A DNA stretch of 64,000 bases from an uncultured Rikenellaceae bacterium (GTDB lineage Bacteria; Bacteroidota; Bacteroidia; Bacteroidales; VadinHA17): positions 22,165-86,164 of the forward strand of contig CAZQRQ010000006.1 in NCBI GenBank assembly GCA_964595725.1. Reading direction: 5' to 3'. Positions 10,180-20,982 of the stretch are shown here, piece after piece. Numbering within the stretch: the first letter of the stretch is position 1; each line of letters opens with the position of its first letter. The notes under the pieces were generated by a model. The model worked only from the letters and a program-made list of their open reading frames with translations. It had not been told where the DNA came from and did no database searches. The position numbers and the translations under genes were made by a program.

Positions 10180-12855
10180 TTACAGATCATCATCATCGTC
10201 ATCGTCGTTATCGGTCCCGGACCCTGCGTATTTTGAAGGATAAGGAGCATGTCCTTTCGCGGAGAACCATAGAATACGGTTGAGTAGGTCATCATTGCCC
10301 GAGTCAATTCCATCGAATTCGGGAAGCATGCTTTTCCTGGCAAAGTGAAGTGCCCTGCCATTAAGAGATGACAGCTGTGGATTCATTTCATCCAGCATTA
10401 TTTTATTTTTGACAGCTGTGTACGGAGTGAGATCAGCATCCATTCCAAAGCAGTCGGACATGGGATTTGCAATTGCATCCTGGATATTCATTGGAGGCAG
10501 TCCAAGTATTTGTTCAATCGTCCTTACAAGCGATGGCTGCGTGTAATAAGTGTGATTAACAGACCTTAGCCTGGAGTACGGACTTATTACCAGGCTTACG
10601 GTCCGGTATGCCGAGACATGGTCCCAGCCTCCCTGCGAATCATCTTCTACAACGAAGATCACGGTATTCTCCCAGAACCTGCTTTTTGAGAAAGCCTCCA
10701 CTATTCTTCCGAGAGCAAGGTCATTATCAGCTACCATTGCCCGAGGGGTAGGATATCCCGGACGTGTTCCGGCGGTGTGATCGTTCGGAAGAGCCACTAT
10801 CATAAGCTCAGGAAGCTGATCGCCAGGCACGACTTCATATTTCTTAAGATCCCCGATCAGCACATCAGCACGCATTACATCGGTAAATTCGTGGTTTCCG
10901 TACGACGGGTAATCCTGACTGAGAATAGCTTTTACCGGCTCAACTGTAGTTTTGTTATAGAAGTCGACCTTTTCACCGTTAAGATATTTCCTGTACACAT
11001 CTGTCCATGTAATCCTTTCATTAAAGACTGGTATTGATGCCTCTCCATATATCATCACGGACTTATCGTTTTTCATTGCATTGTCCCATATAAAACCGGT
11101 GGGTGCATATACCAGGGCATCTGTTTGAACATGGGCATAGCTTCTGAACCAGGCCCGCATGTTCTTTTCAATATAATCTGTGACAATGGAGGCATCTGTC
11201 CACTGGTGTCCTTCAGCGGAACATTTTCCGGACACATGAAAATTATCAAGAAGGATGAATTCATCAACCAGTTTATGAGTATTGGGAGTTATCTCCTCTC
11301 CATATATGCAAAGGGAAGGATCACCATCACCTTTTTTAACATCTCCGAGTATCTGGTCGTAAGTCCGGTTTTCCTTGATTATATAAACAACATGTTTTAA
11401 CAGTGAAGGCTCACCGATTCGGTCAGGTACCGGTTTGGATTCTGAACCATTTCTGGGTTCTTCTCTTGCCAGGGTAGCTCTTGAAAGATCGTTTACTGCT
11501 ATAACTGTGTCAGTATATGCTTTCAGCTGTTTTTTAAACGGAGCCCTTATCCTGGATACAGACGCCAGCATATGATGACTGTTGTATATGATGTTATCTG
11601 AATCCTCATCCCTGAAACCTAATGTAACTCCCTCACCTTCAAGGTTACATATAAAAAGGTATGATTTTCTCAGACAGGCAATAGCAGAAGGATATGCCCC
11701 TGTAGGAATAAACCCAAGCACAGTACTTTTTTCTCGCTTTGAAGCAGATGATGCGTTATTACCTAAGGAGACTACTGCGATTGCATTGTCCATTCCATTT
11801 GCCACATAAAGGATTTTATTGTTTTTAGAAAGACAAAGGCCGTTAGGTGAATCACCGAAGAATGGATTAATCTCAGGCTGAAGTCTTACACTTATTATTT
11901 CGGAAACAGTATCATCTGTCGTATTTACAACAGATACATTATCGGAACTGGCATTAGATACATATACAAACCTTCCTGACTTGTCACTTATAATATCATT
12001 GGGGTGCAGCCCAACCAATATTTCTTTAAGTACCTTTCCGGTTGCGGGATCAATGACAGCAACACTTCCCTCTTTTGTAGCTCCTCCTGCATTGATGTTA
12101 TCAACTCGGGCCAGGCCCCATGGTACACCTGCAACATCTGTGTCACCGTTTTCAGGATGTCTTCCCGCCCAGTTGCTGACATAGAGTTTCCCGGATGCCA
12201 TAGCTATTCCGTATGGTGCGACACCTGGATCTGTTACCCAGATAGTATCGCCTGTAAAAAAGTCCTGCTTAATAACATTATTATTTCCATTGAGTACTAC
12301 ATACAGAAAAGTCTTATCTGACTCCCTTCTGATCAGGAATTCATTTGGCAATGCCATATCAGCGTCGCTGTCACGTCTGTATTCAAACACTCGTCCGAAT
12401 GTTGCAGAATTACCATCCCATCTGGCCGATACAATGTAAGACCTTTTGTTTCCTGCGATCACGCTCCACCATATCTCCGAAGTGTCATTATTCACATGCC
12501 ATGTTATTCCCGAATAAGTATTCATACCTCCTCTGAGAACTCTTAAATCATTGTTTGGAAGACGGTAATGAACTTTGTTGTCAGATGTGCTGATAAAAAC
12601 AATGCTATACCTTTCCATAACAGCCAGCCATTTCCCGTCCGGCGATAGTACTGCATCGATAGCGTGATTTTCGAGGTTTTCGTCCCCGAAGAAGATCTGA
12701 ATGCCGGCTGGCTGGATAAACCTGTTATAGGGCAGCCGTACCCTGGTCTGATCCTTAAGAACATTACCAGGTTCCTGTTGCGCTTTCAATAAAATGAAAA
12801 AAGATAACAGGCCGATGAGTAGTGTGATTTTTTTCATTTTCATATTTTCATGCAA
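10180..12855 (-). CDS. secreted beta-propeller (YncE-like) / phosphoesterase-family fusion protein
   Basis: 891 aa. Signal peptide MKMKKITLLIGLLSFFILLKAQ, so the start may be 12843. Repeated propeller-like segments (LYVSNW, VYVSNASSDNVSVV, LYVANGMDNAIAVV). C-terminal phosphoesterase motif VVYIIKENRTYDQILGD. Poly-Asp tail DNDDDDDDDL. Confidence 0.75.
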   Translation of the reverse strand: MHENMKMKKITLLIGLLSFFILLKAQQEPGNVLKDQTRVRLPYNRFIQPAGIQIFFGDENLENHAIDAVLSPDGKWLAVMERYSIVFISTSDNKVHYRLPNNDLRVLRGGMNTYSGITWHVNNDTSEIWWSVIAGNKRSYIVSARWDGNSATFGRVFEYRRDSDADMALPNEFLIRRESDKTFLYVVLNGNNNVIKQDFFTGDTIWVTDPGVAPYGIAMASGKLYVSNWAGRHPENGDTDVAGVPWGLARVDNINAGGATKEGSVAVIDPATGKVLKEILVGLHPNDIISDKSGRFVYVSNASSDNVSVVNTTDDTVSEIISVRLQPEINPFFGDSPNGLCLSKNNKILYVANGMDNAIAVVSLGNNASSASKREKSTVLGFIPTGAYPSAIACLRKSYLFICNLEGEGVTLGFRDEDSDNIIYNSHHMLASVSRIRAPFKKQLKAYTDTVIAVNDLSRATLAREEPRNGSESKPVPDRIGEPSLLKHVVYIIKENRTYDQILGDVKKGDGDPSLCIYGEEITPNTHKLVDEFILLDNFHVSGKCSAEGHQWTDASIVTDYIEKNMRAWFRSYAHVQTDALVYAPTGFIWDNAMKNDKSVMIYGEASIPVFNERITWTDVYRKYLNGEKVDFYNKTTVEPVKAILSQDYPSYGNHEFTDVMRADVLIGDLKKYEVVPGDQLPELMIVALPNDHTAGTRPGYPTPRAMVADNDLALGRIVEAFSKSRFWENTVIFVVEDDSQGGWDHVSAYRTVSLVISPYSRLRSVNHTYYTQPSLVRTIEQILGLPPMNIQDAIANPMSDCFGMDADLTPYTAVKNKIMLDEMNPQLSSLNGRALHFARKSMLPEFDGIDSGNDDLLNRILWFSAKGHAPYPSKYAGSGTDNDDDDDDDL

Positions 12856-12943
12856 GATCTTAAAGTAGTAAATAATTTCTCTGTTCAGCCTACAAGTTAA
12901 AAAAAGAGACTGAATTTTTAAGGTTCAGTCTCCATAGTTCCTT

Positions 12944-13324
12944 TCAGAAAGGGAGATCACTAAGCTCGTCATTATCTGGCGGGATATCCTCAAACGGAGG
13001 TTCCTGTTCAGTTATATCACCGGTACCGGCATCTCCTGCTCTTTCAATTTTCCAGGCGTCAAGGTTTGTAAAATAATTAACCTTTCCATCACGCTCCCAC
13101 CTGTTCCCTTTCAGATTAAAATAGACTTTAACGTCCTGGTGCAAGAATGATTCATCAATAAGTTCGCATTTATCCTGGACAAGCTGGAATTTAACATAAT
13201 CGATAAATACTGCTCCTCCTCCTGATTCCTTCTTTTCGATAACAAATTCACGTTTACGGAATTTGTCACTAACCTGGTTAACGGGAAATATATCCACTAC
13301 TTTACCTGTAATTTCAAATGCCAT
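12944..13324 (-). CDS. DUF3127 domain protein
   Basis: 126 aa. The MAFEITGKVV..FPV..VSDKFRKREFVIE pattern is typical of Bacteroidota DUF3127 OB-fold-like proteins. Acidic C-terminus. Confidence 0.7.
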   Translation of the reverse strand: MAFEITGKVVDIFPVNQVSDKFRKREFVIEKKESGGGAVFIDYVKFQLVQDKCELIDESFLHQDVKVYFNLKGNRWERDGKVNYFTNLDAWKIERAGDAGTGDITEQEPPFEDIPPDNDELSDLPF

Positions 13325-13326
13325 TT

Positions 13327-13788
13327 TTATTGAACATCATTGATTACTATCTTCTCTATAAGGTCACACTGACGTATTGTATCCACAATCTCAACTCCTT
13401 CTGTCACTTTGCCGAAACAGGTATGCTGTCTGTCAAGGTGACTGGTATTTGTCCTGCTATGGCATATAAAAAACTGGGATCCTCCTGTGTCTCTTCCGGC
13501 ATGAGCCATCGAGAGCACACCCCTGTCATGGTACTGCATGTTTCCTGTAAGTTCACATTTTATCTTGTAACCCGGTCCCCCGGTACCGACTCTTGGATCA
13601 CTCATATCCTTTGAGAAAGGGCATCCACCCTGGATTACAAAATCGGGAATGACCCTGTGAAATGCAAGGCCATCATAGAATCCTTGTTTCGCCAGGCTTA
13701 CGAAGTTGTCAACTGTACCAGGAGCATCCTCCTCGTAAAATTCAACCTTCATAATGCCTTTTGAAGTATGTATTTCTGCTGTTTTCAT
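13327..13788 (-). CDS. cyclophilin-type peptidyl-prolyl cis-trans isomerase
   Basis: 153 aa with [15 protein letters not shown] and GSQFFI motifs. Confidence 0.9.
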   Translation of the reverse strand: MKTAEIHTSKGIMKVEFYEEDAPGTVDNFVSLAKQGFYDGLAFHRVIPDFVIQGGCPFSKDMSDPRVGTGGPGYKIKCELTGNMQYHDRGVLSMAHAGRDTGGSQFFICHSRTNTSHLDRQHTCFGKVTEGVEIVDTIRQCDLIEKIVINDVQ

Positions 13789-13789
13789 T

Positions 13790-14503
13790 CTACTCTTTTA
13801 CGATATCCAGAAGCTCAACTTCAAATATAAGCGTTGAATAAGGTTTAATTACATCACCTGCACCATTACCACCATATGCCAGGTCAGAAGGTAAATAAAG
13901 CATGAATTTGGATCCTACAGGCATGAGCTGCAAAGCCTCTACCCATCCTGAAATAACGCCGTTGACCATAAATTCTGCAGGTTCACCGTGATCAACAGAT
14001 GAATCAAACTTGGTCCCATCAATCAGGGTGCCTGTATAATGAACCCTTACAATATCTTCCGGCGTTGGTTTGGGACCGGTTCCCATTTTAATAACTTTGT
14101 ACTGGAGACCACTGGGAGTTACGATAACACCTTCAGCTTCCTTGTTCTTCTGCAGGAACGAGTCTCCCTCGGCGATCATATCCTTGTATAGTTCTTTGTT
14201 CATTGAAGCCTGTTCTTCCAGCCTCACCTGCTCCCTTTCGTTAATATAGGCATATATCCTCTCTCTTGCCATGTCATCATCCATAAAGGCTTTATCTTTT
14301 TCAGCATCAAGCATTGCTTTGGCAATGATGACCGGGTCGAGCTGAACGCTGTCAGACAGCAAAGAATTATATATGTTAATACCGAAAGCATATGAAAGGG
14401 AGTCGCTCTTTGTACCCACTTTCGCTTTCATAACAGCGCTCTTTCCACACGACATAACGACAAGAGCCAATACTACTGGAATTAATAATACTCTGATTTT
14501 CAT
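13790..14503 (-). CDS. FKBP-type peptidyl-prolyl isomerase, lipoprotein (Mip/FklB-like)
   Basis: 237 aa. Signal peptide with Cys (VVMSCGK). FKBP core [35 protein letters not shown]. Confidence 0.9.
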   Translation of the reverse strand: MKIRVLLIPVVLALVVMSCGKSAVMKAKVGTKSDSLSYAFGINIYNSLLSDSVQLDPVIIAKAMLDAEKDKAFMDDDMARERIYAYINEREQVRLEEQASMNKELYKDMIAEGDSFLQKNKEAEGVIVTPSGLQYKVIKMGTGPKPTPEDIVRVHYTGTLIDGTKFDSSVDHGEPAEFMVNGVISGWVEALQLMPVGSKFMLYLPSDLAYGGNGAGDVIKPYSTLIFEVELLDIVKE

Positions 14504-14572
14504 ATCCTGGTTTTTAAATTAGTTTCGCAAAGATAATATTTTGACATAAGTAAAAAAGTTAAATTCAACAAA

Positions 14573-15235
14573 TTATAAATTCTTAATGGCTCGCATTACT
14601 TCTCTCTTTCCGGGAGGACCCGGAAGAAGCTCAATGCTGAATCCGCAGCTCCTTAAAGCACGCTTTATAGATCCTTTCACAGAATAGGTAACGAGTATAC
14701 CGTTACCGGATATTTCCTCATATATATCTCTGAAAATATCTTCTGTCCACATTTCTGGTTGCTTATCAGGGCCAAAGGCATCAAAATAGATAAGGTCATA
14801 TTTACCTGAAGGGACATTTTCAGTGAGGTCACAGATCAGCTTTGTGAAGTGGAAGTATTCAGAAATTATAATTTCTTTTCCCCATGTTGCAGAATGGATT
14901 AAATCAAGTAAAGGTTTTCCCTCTTTGCCGGTATAGGAGGGATAATTAAGGAGATCTGTGATTTCAGATGAAAGCGGATGTTTTTCTACAGCCGTATAAT
15001 AAACATGTCTTTTTTCCTTTGTACACCTGATCGCAGTCAGCAATGCATTCAAACCGGTGCCTAAACCAGCTTCGAAAATTCTTAAAGGATTGGCTTCGCA
15101 ATAATGATAACCGTTCTTTATAAAGACAATTTCTGATTCCCTTACAGCGCCGTTAACAGAGTGATAATGTTCATCCAGACCGGGAACAAAAACAGTGTGT
15201 GAACCATCCTCCGTTATTATCAGTTGCAGTTGCAA
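14573..15235 (-). CDS. SAM-dependent tRNA mnm5s2U methyltransferase, MnmD / MnmC methyltransferase-domain like
   Basis: 220 aa with EAGLGTGLN (SAM motif I) and FDAFGPDKQPEMW (DUF752/MnmC signature). Confidence 0.7.
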   Translation of the reverse strand: MQLQLIITEDGSHTVFVPGLDEHYHSVNGAVRESEIVFIKNGYHYCEANPLRIFEAGLGTGLNALLTAIRCTKEKRHVYYTAVEKHPLSSEITDLLNYPSYTGKEGKPLLDLIHSATWGKEIIISEYFHFTKLICDLTENVPSGKYDLIYFDAFGPDKQPEMWTEDIFRDIYEEISGNGILVTYSVKGSIKRALRSCGFSIELLPGPPGKREVMRAIKNL

Positions 15236-15246
15236 TGGTGTATGGA

Positions 15247-17799
15247 TTAAAGTCTCATTCCTATGACCAGCACGTCATCGACCTGGTCATTTTCCCCCAT
15301 CCATTCAATGAATGTTGTTTCGAGTATCTCCCGCTGTATATTCAAAGGCTCCCTGTGTATTTTCAGCAGAAGTCTCTGGAATGGTTTGTACATGAATTTT
15401 TTGCCTTTTGGCCCGCCAAACTGATCCGAGTATCCATCGGAGAAAAGGTAAATATAGTCGCCTGGTTTAAATTCCAGCCTGTTATTGGTAAATGGGCTGA
15501 GGTCGGTAACATGAATACCTATTGGCATTTTATCGGCCGGGCATTTGATGAGATTACCATCCCTTATCAGATAGAGGGGATTATTCGCCCCTGCAAAATC
15601 AATCATTCCCTCTTTCCTGTTTATAATACAGAGCGAGATATCCATTCCATCCCTTGCCTCACCGACCGTACCCTTCTGTTTAAGAGTGTTAATTACTTCG
15701 GCCCTGAGCAGGTTAAGGATGCCTGCAGCATCTTTGACTTCTGTTGTGTTTACTATTTCATCGAGGAATGCATGGCCGAGCATACTCATGAAAGCTCCTG
15801 GTACTCCATGACCTGTGCAATCAGCCGCTGCAACTATGATTTTATCCTTCTTTGTCATACCCCAGTAGAAATCACCACTGACAATATCTTTAGGCTTATA
15901 GAGGATGAAATTATCAAATCCCAGTTCAGTCAGAAAATCAGCTGGTGGAAGCACTGCTGCCTGTATCCTGCTTGCATACTGAATACTGTCGGTTATTGAC
16001 TGGTTTTTTTGTTCAATTATTTCCTTTTGCTGCATAACCTCGGTGTTCTTAAACTCAAGATCTGCATTTATCTCCTCTATCTGTCTCTTGCTTTCCGCAA
16101 GCTTCTGGTTCTTTTTCCTTGTTGAAATCAATCCGGCAAGTATACTGATAGCTACGAGGACCATAAGTACGCCAAGTCCGACTGCAAGCCTTTTCACCTG
16201 TTTTTCCTTTTCTATCTCCATCACCTGCTGTATCCTTTCTTGTTCCAGGAGTTTATTGGACATTTCAAGGTCTGATGCCTTAAGACTAAGTCTTTCCTGT
16301 TCCAGGCTGTCAATAAGCTGTTGCTGCTGGAGTGACTGAAGCTGTTGTTCCCGCTCAGCAAGAATAAACCTGTCGCGTTCAAGGGCAAGAGACTGTTCAA
16401 GTCTCGATTTTTCCGACCTGTCGAGCTCCTGCTGTTTCAGAAGCAGCTTCATTTCATTTTCCCTTCTTTCCGATTCTGCCTTCAGGCTCTTCATTTCAAG
16501 ACCTGTTATCTCCTCGTCAGCAATATCCAATCGCAGTCTTTGCTCAAGGTCATCATAATAAGCCTGCCTGTCTATTTCGCTCTGGTCTGAAAGCCTATTC
16601 TCTAAACTAAGGGAATCTCTTATATTCAGATACTTTTCGTAGTAATCAAGGGCGGAAATAAAATCATTACCCTTTTCTTCTATCTGTGAATAGGTGAGAT
16701 AGCACTCCTGGAGGACCGGGTATGCTGATGCGCTTTTTGCAGCTTCGATGCAATCCTGGCAATAAAGCTCTGCATGATAGTTGTCTTCCTTATTGAAATA
16801 TACCAGTGAAAGCAGATGGCTTATCCTTGCTTCTTCATCTTTTCTTCCTGAATTTCTGGCACTTCTAAGAGCTTTAGTAAAGCTCTCCAGCATTTCCTCT
16901 TGTTGCCCGAGGTTCTGGTAACAAACTCCTGTATTGGAATAGACATCTGTCAGGAAATAATCATTGGGACCTGCTTTAAGGGAATTTTCAGTAGCAGACA
17001 GGAACTTCTCCAGAGCACTGTCAAAATCGTTCTCTTTAAAATGTAAAAATCCAAGATTATTATATACAGAAGCAAGGTTATTAAGGTCACGGGTTTTTGA
17101 ATATTTTTCAATCAGATGATTGTATATGTCTTCAGCCATTCTGAACTCTCCTAACCTTATGAATACCAGGGCTTGTTTCTGCAGGCATCTTATTTCACCG
17201 GCTTCATCCGGTATTTTCTCAAAATAGTGTATTGCTGCATTGAACCAGGTCACAGCAAGTGTATCATTTGGGAGATAATAATATGACAGTGCTGCCTTTT
17301 CTGCCGTTGCAGCAAGATTATCTATCTCATTATCATGGTACAGGGAAAACTCCTGTTCATAATAGTAGGCTGACTTGCTGTAAATTCCAAGATCAAAATA
17401 CCTTCCCGCCAGGATCCGGTTTATCTTTTGTTCATTTTCAGTGGCAATAATTCTTTTATAAAGCGACAAAGCCCTCAGGTAGTTTAAAAGCATTCCTTCC
17501 CAGTCGTCAGATTTCTCGTAGACTGAACCAGCGAGTTCATAATTTGCCCCTTCAATGAGGTAAAAACTGTTTTGTAAAGCGACATCGAGAGACACATCAA
17601 CATATATCAGGGCTGAGTCCGTTTTGCCTGATACCAGGTAATCTTGAGCTTTCTGAAGCAGGTTAACTGCTTTCAATGAATCATTCAGCCTGTTCATGGA
17701 GATCTCGTTGTTCACTAGCAGAGTATCCTGACCTGCAACCTTAAAAGAAAATTGACAGGCTACAATGACAATGAATGATATCGCAGATTTCAGGTTCAT
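15247..17799 (-). CDS. TPR-repeat / coiled-coil / single-TM sensor protein with C-terminal PP2C (SpoIIE-type) phosphatase domain
   Basis: 850 aa. N-terminal signal peptide, then TPR-like repeats for ~400 aa, then an E/Q/L-rich coiled coil. TM helix LAVGLGVLMVLVAISILAGLIS. C-terminal SGDFYW..ADCTGHGVPGA..DGMD..SDG..DDV PP2C motifs. Confidence 0.8.
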   Translation of the reverse strand: MNLKSAISFIVIVACQFSFKVAGQDTLLVNNEISMNRLNDSLKAVNLLQKAQDYLVSGKTDSALIYVDVSLDVALQNSFYLIEGANYELAGSVYEKSDDWEGMLLNYLRALSLYKRIIATENEQKINRILAGRYFDLGIYSKSAYYYEQEFSLYHDNEIDNLAATAEKAALSYYYLPNDTLAVTWFNAAIHYFEKIPDEAGEIRCLQKQALVFIRLGEFRMAEDIYNHLIEKYSKTRDLNNLASVYNNLGFLHFKENDFDSALEKFLSATENSLKAGPNDYFLTDVYSNTGVCYQNLGQQEEMLESFTKALRSARNSGRKDEEARISHLLSLVYFNKEDNYHAELYCQDCIEAAKSASAYPVLQECYLTYSQIEEKGNDFISALDYYEKYLNIRDSLSLENRLSDQSEIDRQAYYDDLEQRLRLDIADEEITGLEMKSLKAESERRENEMKLLLKQQELDRSEKSRLEQSLALERDRFILAEREQQLQSLQQQQLIDSLEQERLSLKASDLEMSNKLLEQERIQQVMEIEKEKQVKRLAVGLGVLMVLVAISILAGLISTRKKNQKLAESKRQIEEINADLEFKNTEVMQQKEIIEQKNQSITDSIQYASRIQAAVLPPADFLTELGFDNFILYKPKDIVSGDFYWGMTKKDKIIVAAADCTGHGVPGAFMSMLGHAFLDEIVNTTEVKDAAGILNLLRAEVINTLKQKGTVGEARDGMDISLCIINRKEGMIDFAGANNPLYLIRDGNLIKCPADKMPIGIHVTDLSPFTNNRLEFKPGDYIYLFSDGYSDQFGGPKGKKFMYKPFQRLLLKIHREPLNIQREILETTFIEWMGENDQVDDVLVIGMRL

Positions 17800-20192
17800 C
17801 AGTTGAGAGTGTATGTGAGTCCGATCTGCACTGTTCTTCCCGTCTGGGGATTATATGGCAGGGGAGCATTCATGCCTGAATAAACCGGTCCTCCATATTT
17901 CTCATCGAAGATATTGCATACCCGGACGAATGTGCTCAGATTATTTCCAAACCTGTAATGTGCCACAGCATCCATACTGTAAAAACCGTCGACATCATTT
18001 ATGATCTCATTGTAAAGATCCTTGAACGGGATAACAAGCCTGAGCCAGCTCGATTCCCAGATGCTCGAGATCTGGAGGTACAGGTTCCGGGCAGGTTGCA
18101 TTGAAATTCTGAGCTGACCGAAATGATTTGGCATGAGCTTAAAATTACCAAGGAAGTTATCAAAGACGTTTCCTGCTATCTCCAGTATGTCAGGGAAAGA
18201 CTCGCTGGATTTTGCAAAGGTAAGGCTTAGTTCTGCATCCATTTTAATGGATTTTATCAGGTCATTGAATTTAACTGTAGCCTGAAGTCCGTACAACCGC
18301 GAGATAGCCTTCTTATTATTTATCTTGGAATAAACGAACGATGTATCGGATTCGATTATTGCCAGTGCAAGGTCAGTCTCTGTCAGTGGCACTTTCCTGT
18401 CCAGGATCAGGTTTTTGATCTCATTATAATAAATGGAGATGTTAAGATTAATCTTTTCCCTGTATGTTTTGATAAGCCCGAGCTCAACAGACATATATTT
18501 TTCAGGCTCCAGGTCAGGATTGGGAATGAAAATATATTTCAGACTATCGTAATTTGATCCCGCTTTGTATGCAAGCGATTGCCATGCCATTGATGCAGGT
18601 GGTGCCTTATAGGCAAATCCAATAGATCCCCTGACAGAGGTTTTGGGACTGAATATGTAAAGCCCTGCCAGCCTGGGGCTTACTGATAATCCGTATTGCG
18701 AATTATTGTCGACCCTTACACCTCCCATGAACCTGAATGATTTCAGGGAATAATAACTCTGCGAGAATACAGAAAAATCATGGTGGAAGCCTGAATTTAT
18801 GCCGAATGATTTGTAGACAGGGTCATAGAATCCGACTTTCCCGCTCATGAATTTGTAATCCCTGGGATTGAAAGGAGCATCGAGGAAGTTTGTTTGTTTC
18901 AACAGGGCGGAATGCTGATAGGTAATTCCGGTAACTATCTCCAGCCCCTTCACAGGCAGTATCGAAAAAAGCTGTTCAAACAGAATATCCTTACTGGCAG
19001 AATACCTGTACACTTTATCAGTGTAATCAATAAAAGTAACTCCGAGACTTGAGTTATTGTCCATTTTATAAACCAGGTTTGACAGGTTTGTAGTAGTAGA
19101 GAATCTTGGAGTCCATTCGTGGCTGTAGCTTAGTGTCGTGGACCTGATCTTTTCTCCCCAGTAATTTTGCGGGTTGTTATATTTAAAAAGGAATGATGAT
19201 TGACCCAGGGAGCTGTGCGAGCGTCGGTACATATTATTAAACGAAAGACTTATACCCCTGTATTTAAGCTGAAACCCGAGGAGGTTACTTTCAGAAGGCA
19301 TATCTTCCATAGCCGGCAGAGTAAGATTCCCTTCATAGTTGACCGGGTAATTCTTATCAATGAACATCTGTGCACTTGTCCCGGAACTGGCAAGAAGATC
19401 TTCCGTAATTTCAATTGGTTCATGATAACCAGAAGGCGGAATATAATACTTATATCCCTGCTCCTGTGGATAATGAAGCGGGTTATAGACTTCATTATAA
19501 CCTTTTTTAATGTTCTGGTCGCCCATCTGGTTCAGGCCGCCATAGAATGAATACTGCAAAATATTCTTATTCTTGCCGGTCTTTCCGCCGATAATAAAAT
19601 CGGTATTCTGAAACTCCTGCTGCCCTATGCTGACATCCCCCAGCACGAATGTTCCCTTATCCGCTTCACGGGTAATAATATTTATGACACCCGAAACGGC
19701 ATCAGCACCGTAAACAGCTGCTGCAGGACCATAGATGATTTCTATTCTCTCTGCCTGGCGTATCGGAAGCTGTGCCAGTATCGGCATACCGATAACGGCA
19801 CTTGGTTTGATTGGCAATCCGTTAATAAGTATCATGGTATAAAGATTCCCGGTTAACCCGCGAAGCTGGAAGCTCTCTCCAAGCTCTCCAGTACCAGGCT
19901 GGGAAACCCTTATACCAGGAAGGTTTTTCAGTACGTCGATAAGCGAGTAGTAGTGATTAAGTAGTATTTCTTCACGGGTAACCACATATATGGTGATTGG
20001 GAGCTCACCTACTTTTTTTGAACTCCTCGACGCCGATGTAACGCTCATCTCAGCAGTATCTGTTGTGAACAGCAGGTCGGCCGCTTCCAGCTTCTGGATT
20101 CCATTCAGACCCTGGTCGCTGTTTTCCTTCTGTGCTTTAAGCGGAGAGAGAACAGCTGCAGCCAGCAGTAATATTATCCAGCCACTTTTCAT
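17799..20192 (-). CDS. TonB-dependent outer-membrane receptor
   Basis: 797 aa. Signal peptide, a plug region (ITIYVVTREEI..LPGIRV..GVINIITR), and a long beta-barrel-like C-terminal region. Its stop overlaps the start of the next gene by 1 nt (TGATG). Confidence 0.85.
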   Translation of the reverse strand: MKSGWIILLLAAAVLSPLKAQKENSDQGLNGIQKLEAADLLFTTDTAEMSVTSASRSSKKVGELPITIYVVTREEILLNHYYSLIDVLKNLPGIRVSQPGTGELGESFQLRGLTGNLYTMILINGLPIKPSAVIGMPILAQLPIRQAERIEIIYGPAAAVYGADAVSGVINIITREADKGTFVLGDVSIGQQEFQNTDFIIGGKTGKNKNILQYSFYGGLNQMGDQNIKKGYNEVYNPLHYPQEQGYKYYIPPSGYHEPIEITEDLLASSGTSAQMFIDKNYPVNYEGNLTLPAMEDMPSESNLLGFQLKYRGISLSFNNMYRRSHSSLGQSSFLFKYNNPQNYWGEKIRSTTLSYSHEWTPRFSTTTNLSNLVYKMDNNSSLGVTFIDYTDKVYRYSASKDILFEQLFSILPVKGLEIVTGITYQHSALLKQTNFLDAPFNPRDYKFMSGKVGFYDPVYKSFGINSGFHHDFSVFSQSYYSLKSFRFMGGVRVDNNSQYGLSVSPRLAGLYIFSPKTSVRGSIGFAYKAPPASMAWQSLAYKAGSNYDSLKYIFIPNPDLEPEKYMSVELGLIKTYREKINLNISIYYNEIKNLILDRKVPLTETDLALAIIESDTSFVYSKINNKKAISRLYGLQATVKFNDLIKSIKMDAELSLTFAKSSESFPDILEIAGNVFDNFLGNFKLMPNHFGQLRISMQPARNLYLQISSIWESSWLRLVIPFKDLYNEIINDVDGFYSMDAVAHYRFGNNLSTFVRVCNIFDEKYGGPVYSGMNAPLPYNPQTGRTVQIGLTYTLN

Positions 20193-20290
20193 AATTCATT
20201 ATCAAGTAATAAAAATATAAAAAAAAGGCGTATGTAACGTAAGAAGATTCAATACTTTATGAAATGGAATAACAGCAGTTGTTCGAAGAA

Positions 20291-20890
20291 CTACCAGTTG
20301 GAGTTGTACCATCTTCTCACATCAGTTACCTTCATCCCTGCTTTTCTGGCCGCTTCCATGCCGAATACACCATCTTCAAAAACTTCGATGAAACGGGATT
20401 CTATATCCATCATTTCAGCGCATCTCAGGAAAGTTTCCGGATGTGGCTTGAATTTATTTACATCATTTGCAGTAACAACTATGTCGAAGTATTTTTTCAG
20501 GCCGGTCGCTGAGAGGATCCTTTCTACGGCTTCCCGATGTCCACCGGTTCCAACAGCCATTGGTAGTTTTCCATAGTATTTTCTTACAATATCAACTACT
20601 GGTTCAATGGGCTTTATCTGATCCTGTATCTTATAAAATTCTTCCAGCTTAACGTTCATTATTTCATCGATAGAGACGTTCCCGTTCAGGCCTGTGGTTT
20701 TAATTATTGTTGATGCAATTTCCCAGCCCGGGATTCCGCTTTGGTTTCTCAGGAAAGACGGATCCATTTTAACTCCGAATCTATCACATGCCTTCTTCCA
20801 GCACAAAAAATGATATGGCATTGAGTCGACCAGCGTCCCGTCAAGATCGAAAATAAGTCCTTTTACCCCGTTTTTGATATCAAATTTCAT
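20291..20890 (-). CDS. HAD-superfamily hydrolase (beta-phosphoglucomutase-like subfamily)
   Basis: 199 aa with the FDLDGTLVDS motif I and downstream HAD motifs (VGTGG, KPHPE, FEDG). Confidence 0.85.
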   Translation of the reverse strand: MKFDIKNGVKGLIFDLDGTLVDSMPYHFLCWKKACDRFGVKMDPSFLRNQSGIPGWEIASTIIKTTGLNGNVSIDEIMNVKLEEFYKIQDQIKPIEPVVDIVRKYYGKLPMAVGTGGHREAVERILSATGLKKYFDIVVTANDVNKFKPHPETFLRCAEMMDIESRFIEVFEDGVFGMEAARKAGMKVTDVRRWYNSNW

Positions 20891-20982
20891 ATTCTGAAAT
20901 AAAAATGCAAAGGTATTGAAAACTATTAAGAAAGCCGTTCCTGATTTTCAGGAACGGCTCCTTCGAATGAGCATAATGTTTA

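Noticed and set aside
10180-10215. Poly-Asp C-terminal tail (DNDDDDDDDL) of the propeller/phosphoesterase protein, considered as a possible sorting or metal-binding signal
   Set aside because: It is a low-complexity acidic tail with no recognisable sorting motif; it is not a Bacteroidota T9SS C-terminal domain. There is too little information to claim a function.
15199-15999. 266-aa ORF on the plus strand
   Set aside because: It is antisense to the PP2C domain of the 850-aa sensor phosphatase, which has clear catalytic motifs. No motif appears in the shadow frame.
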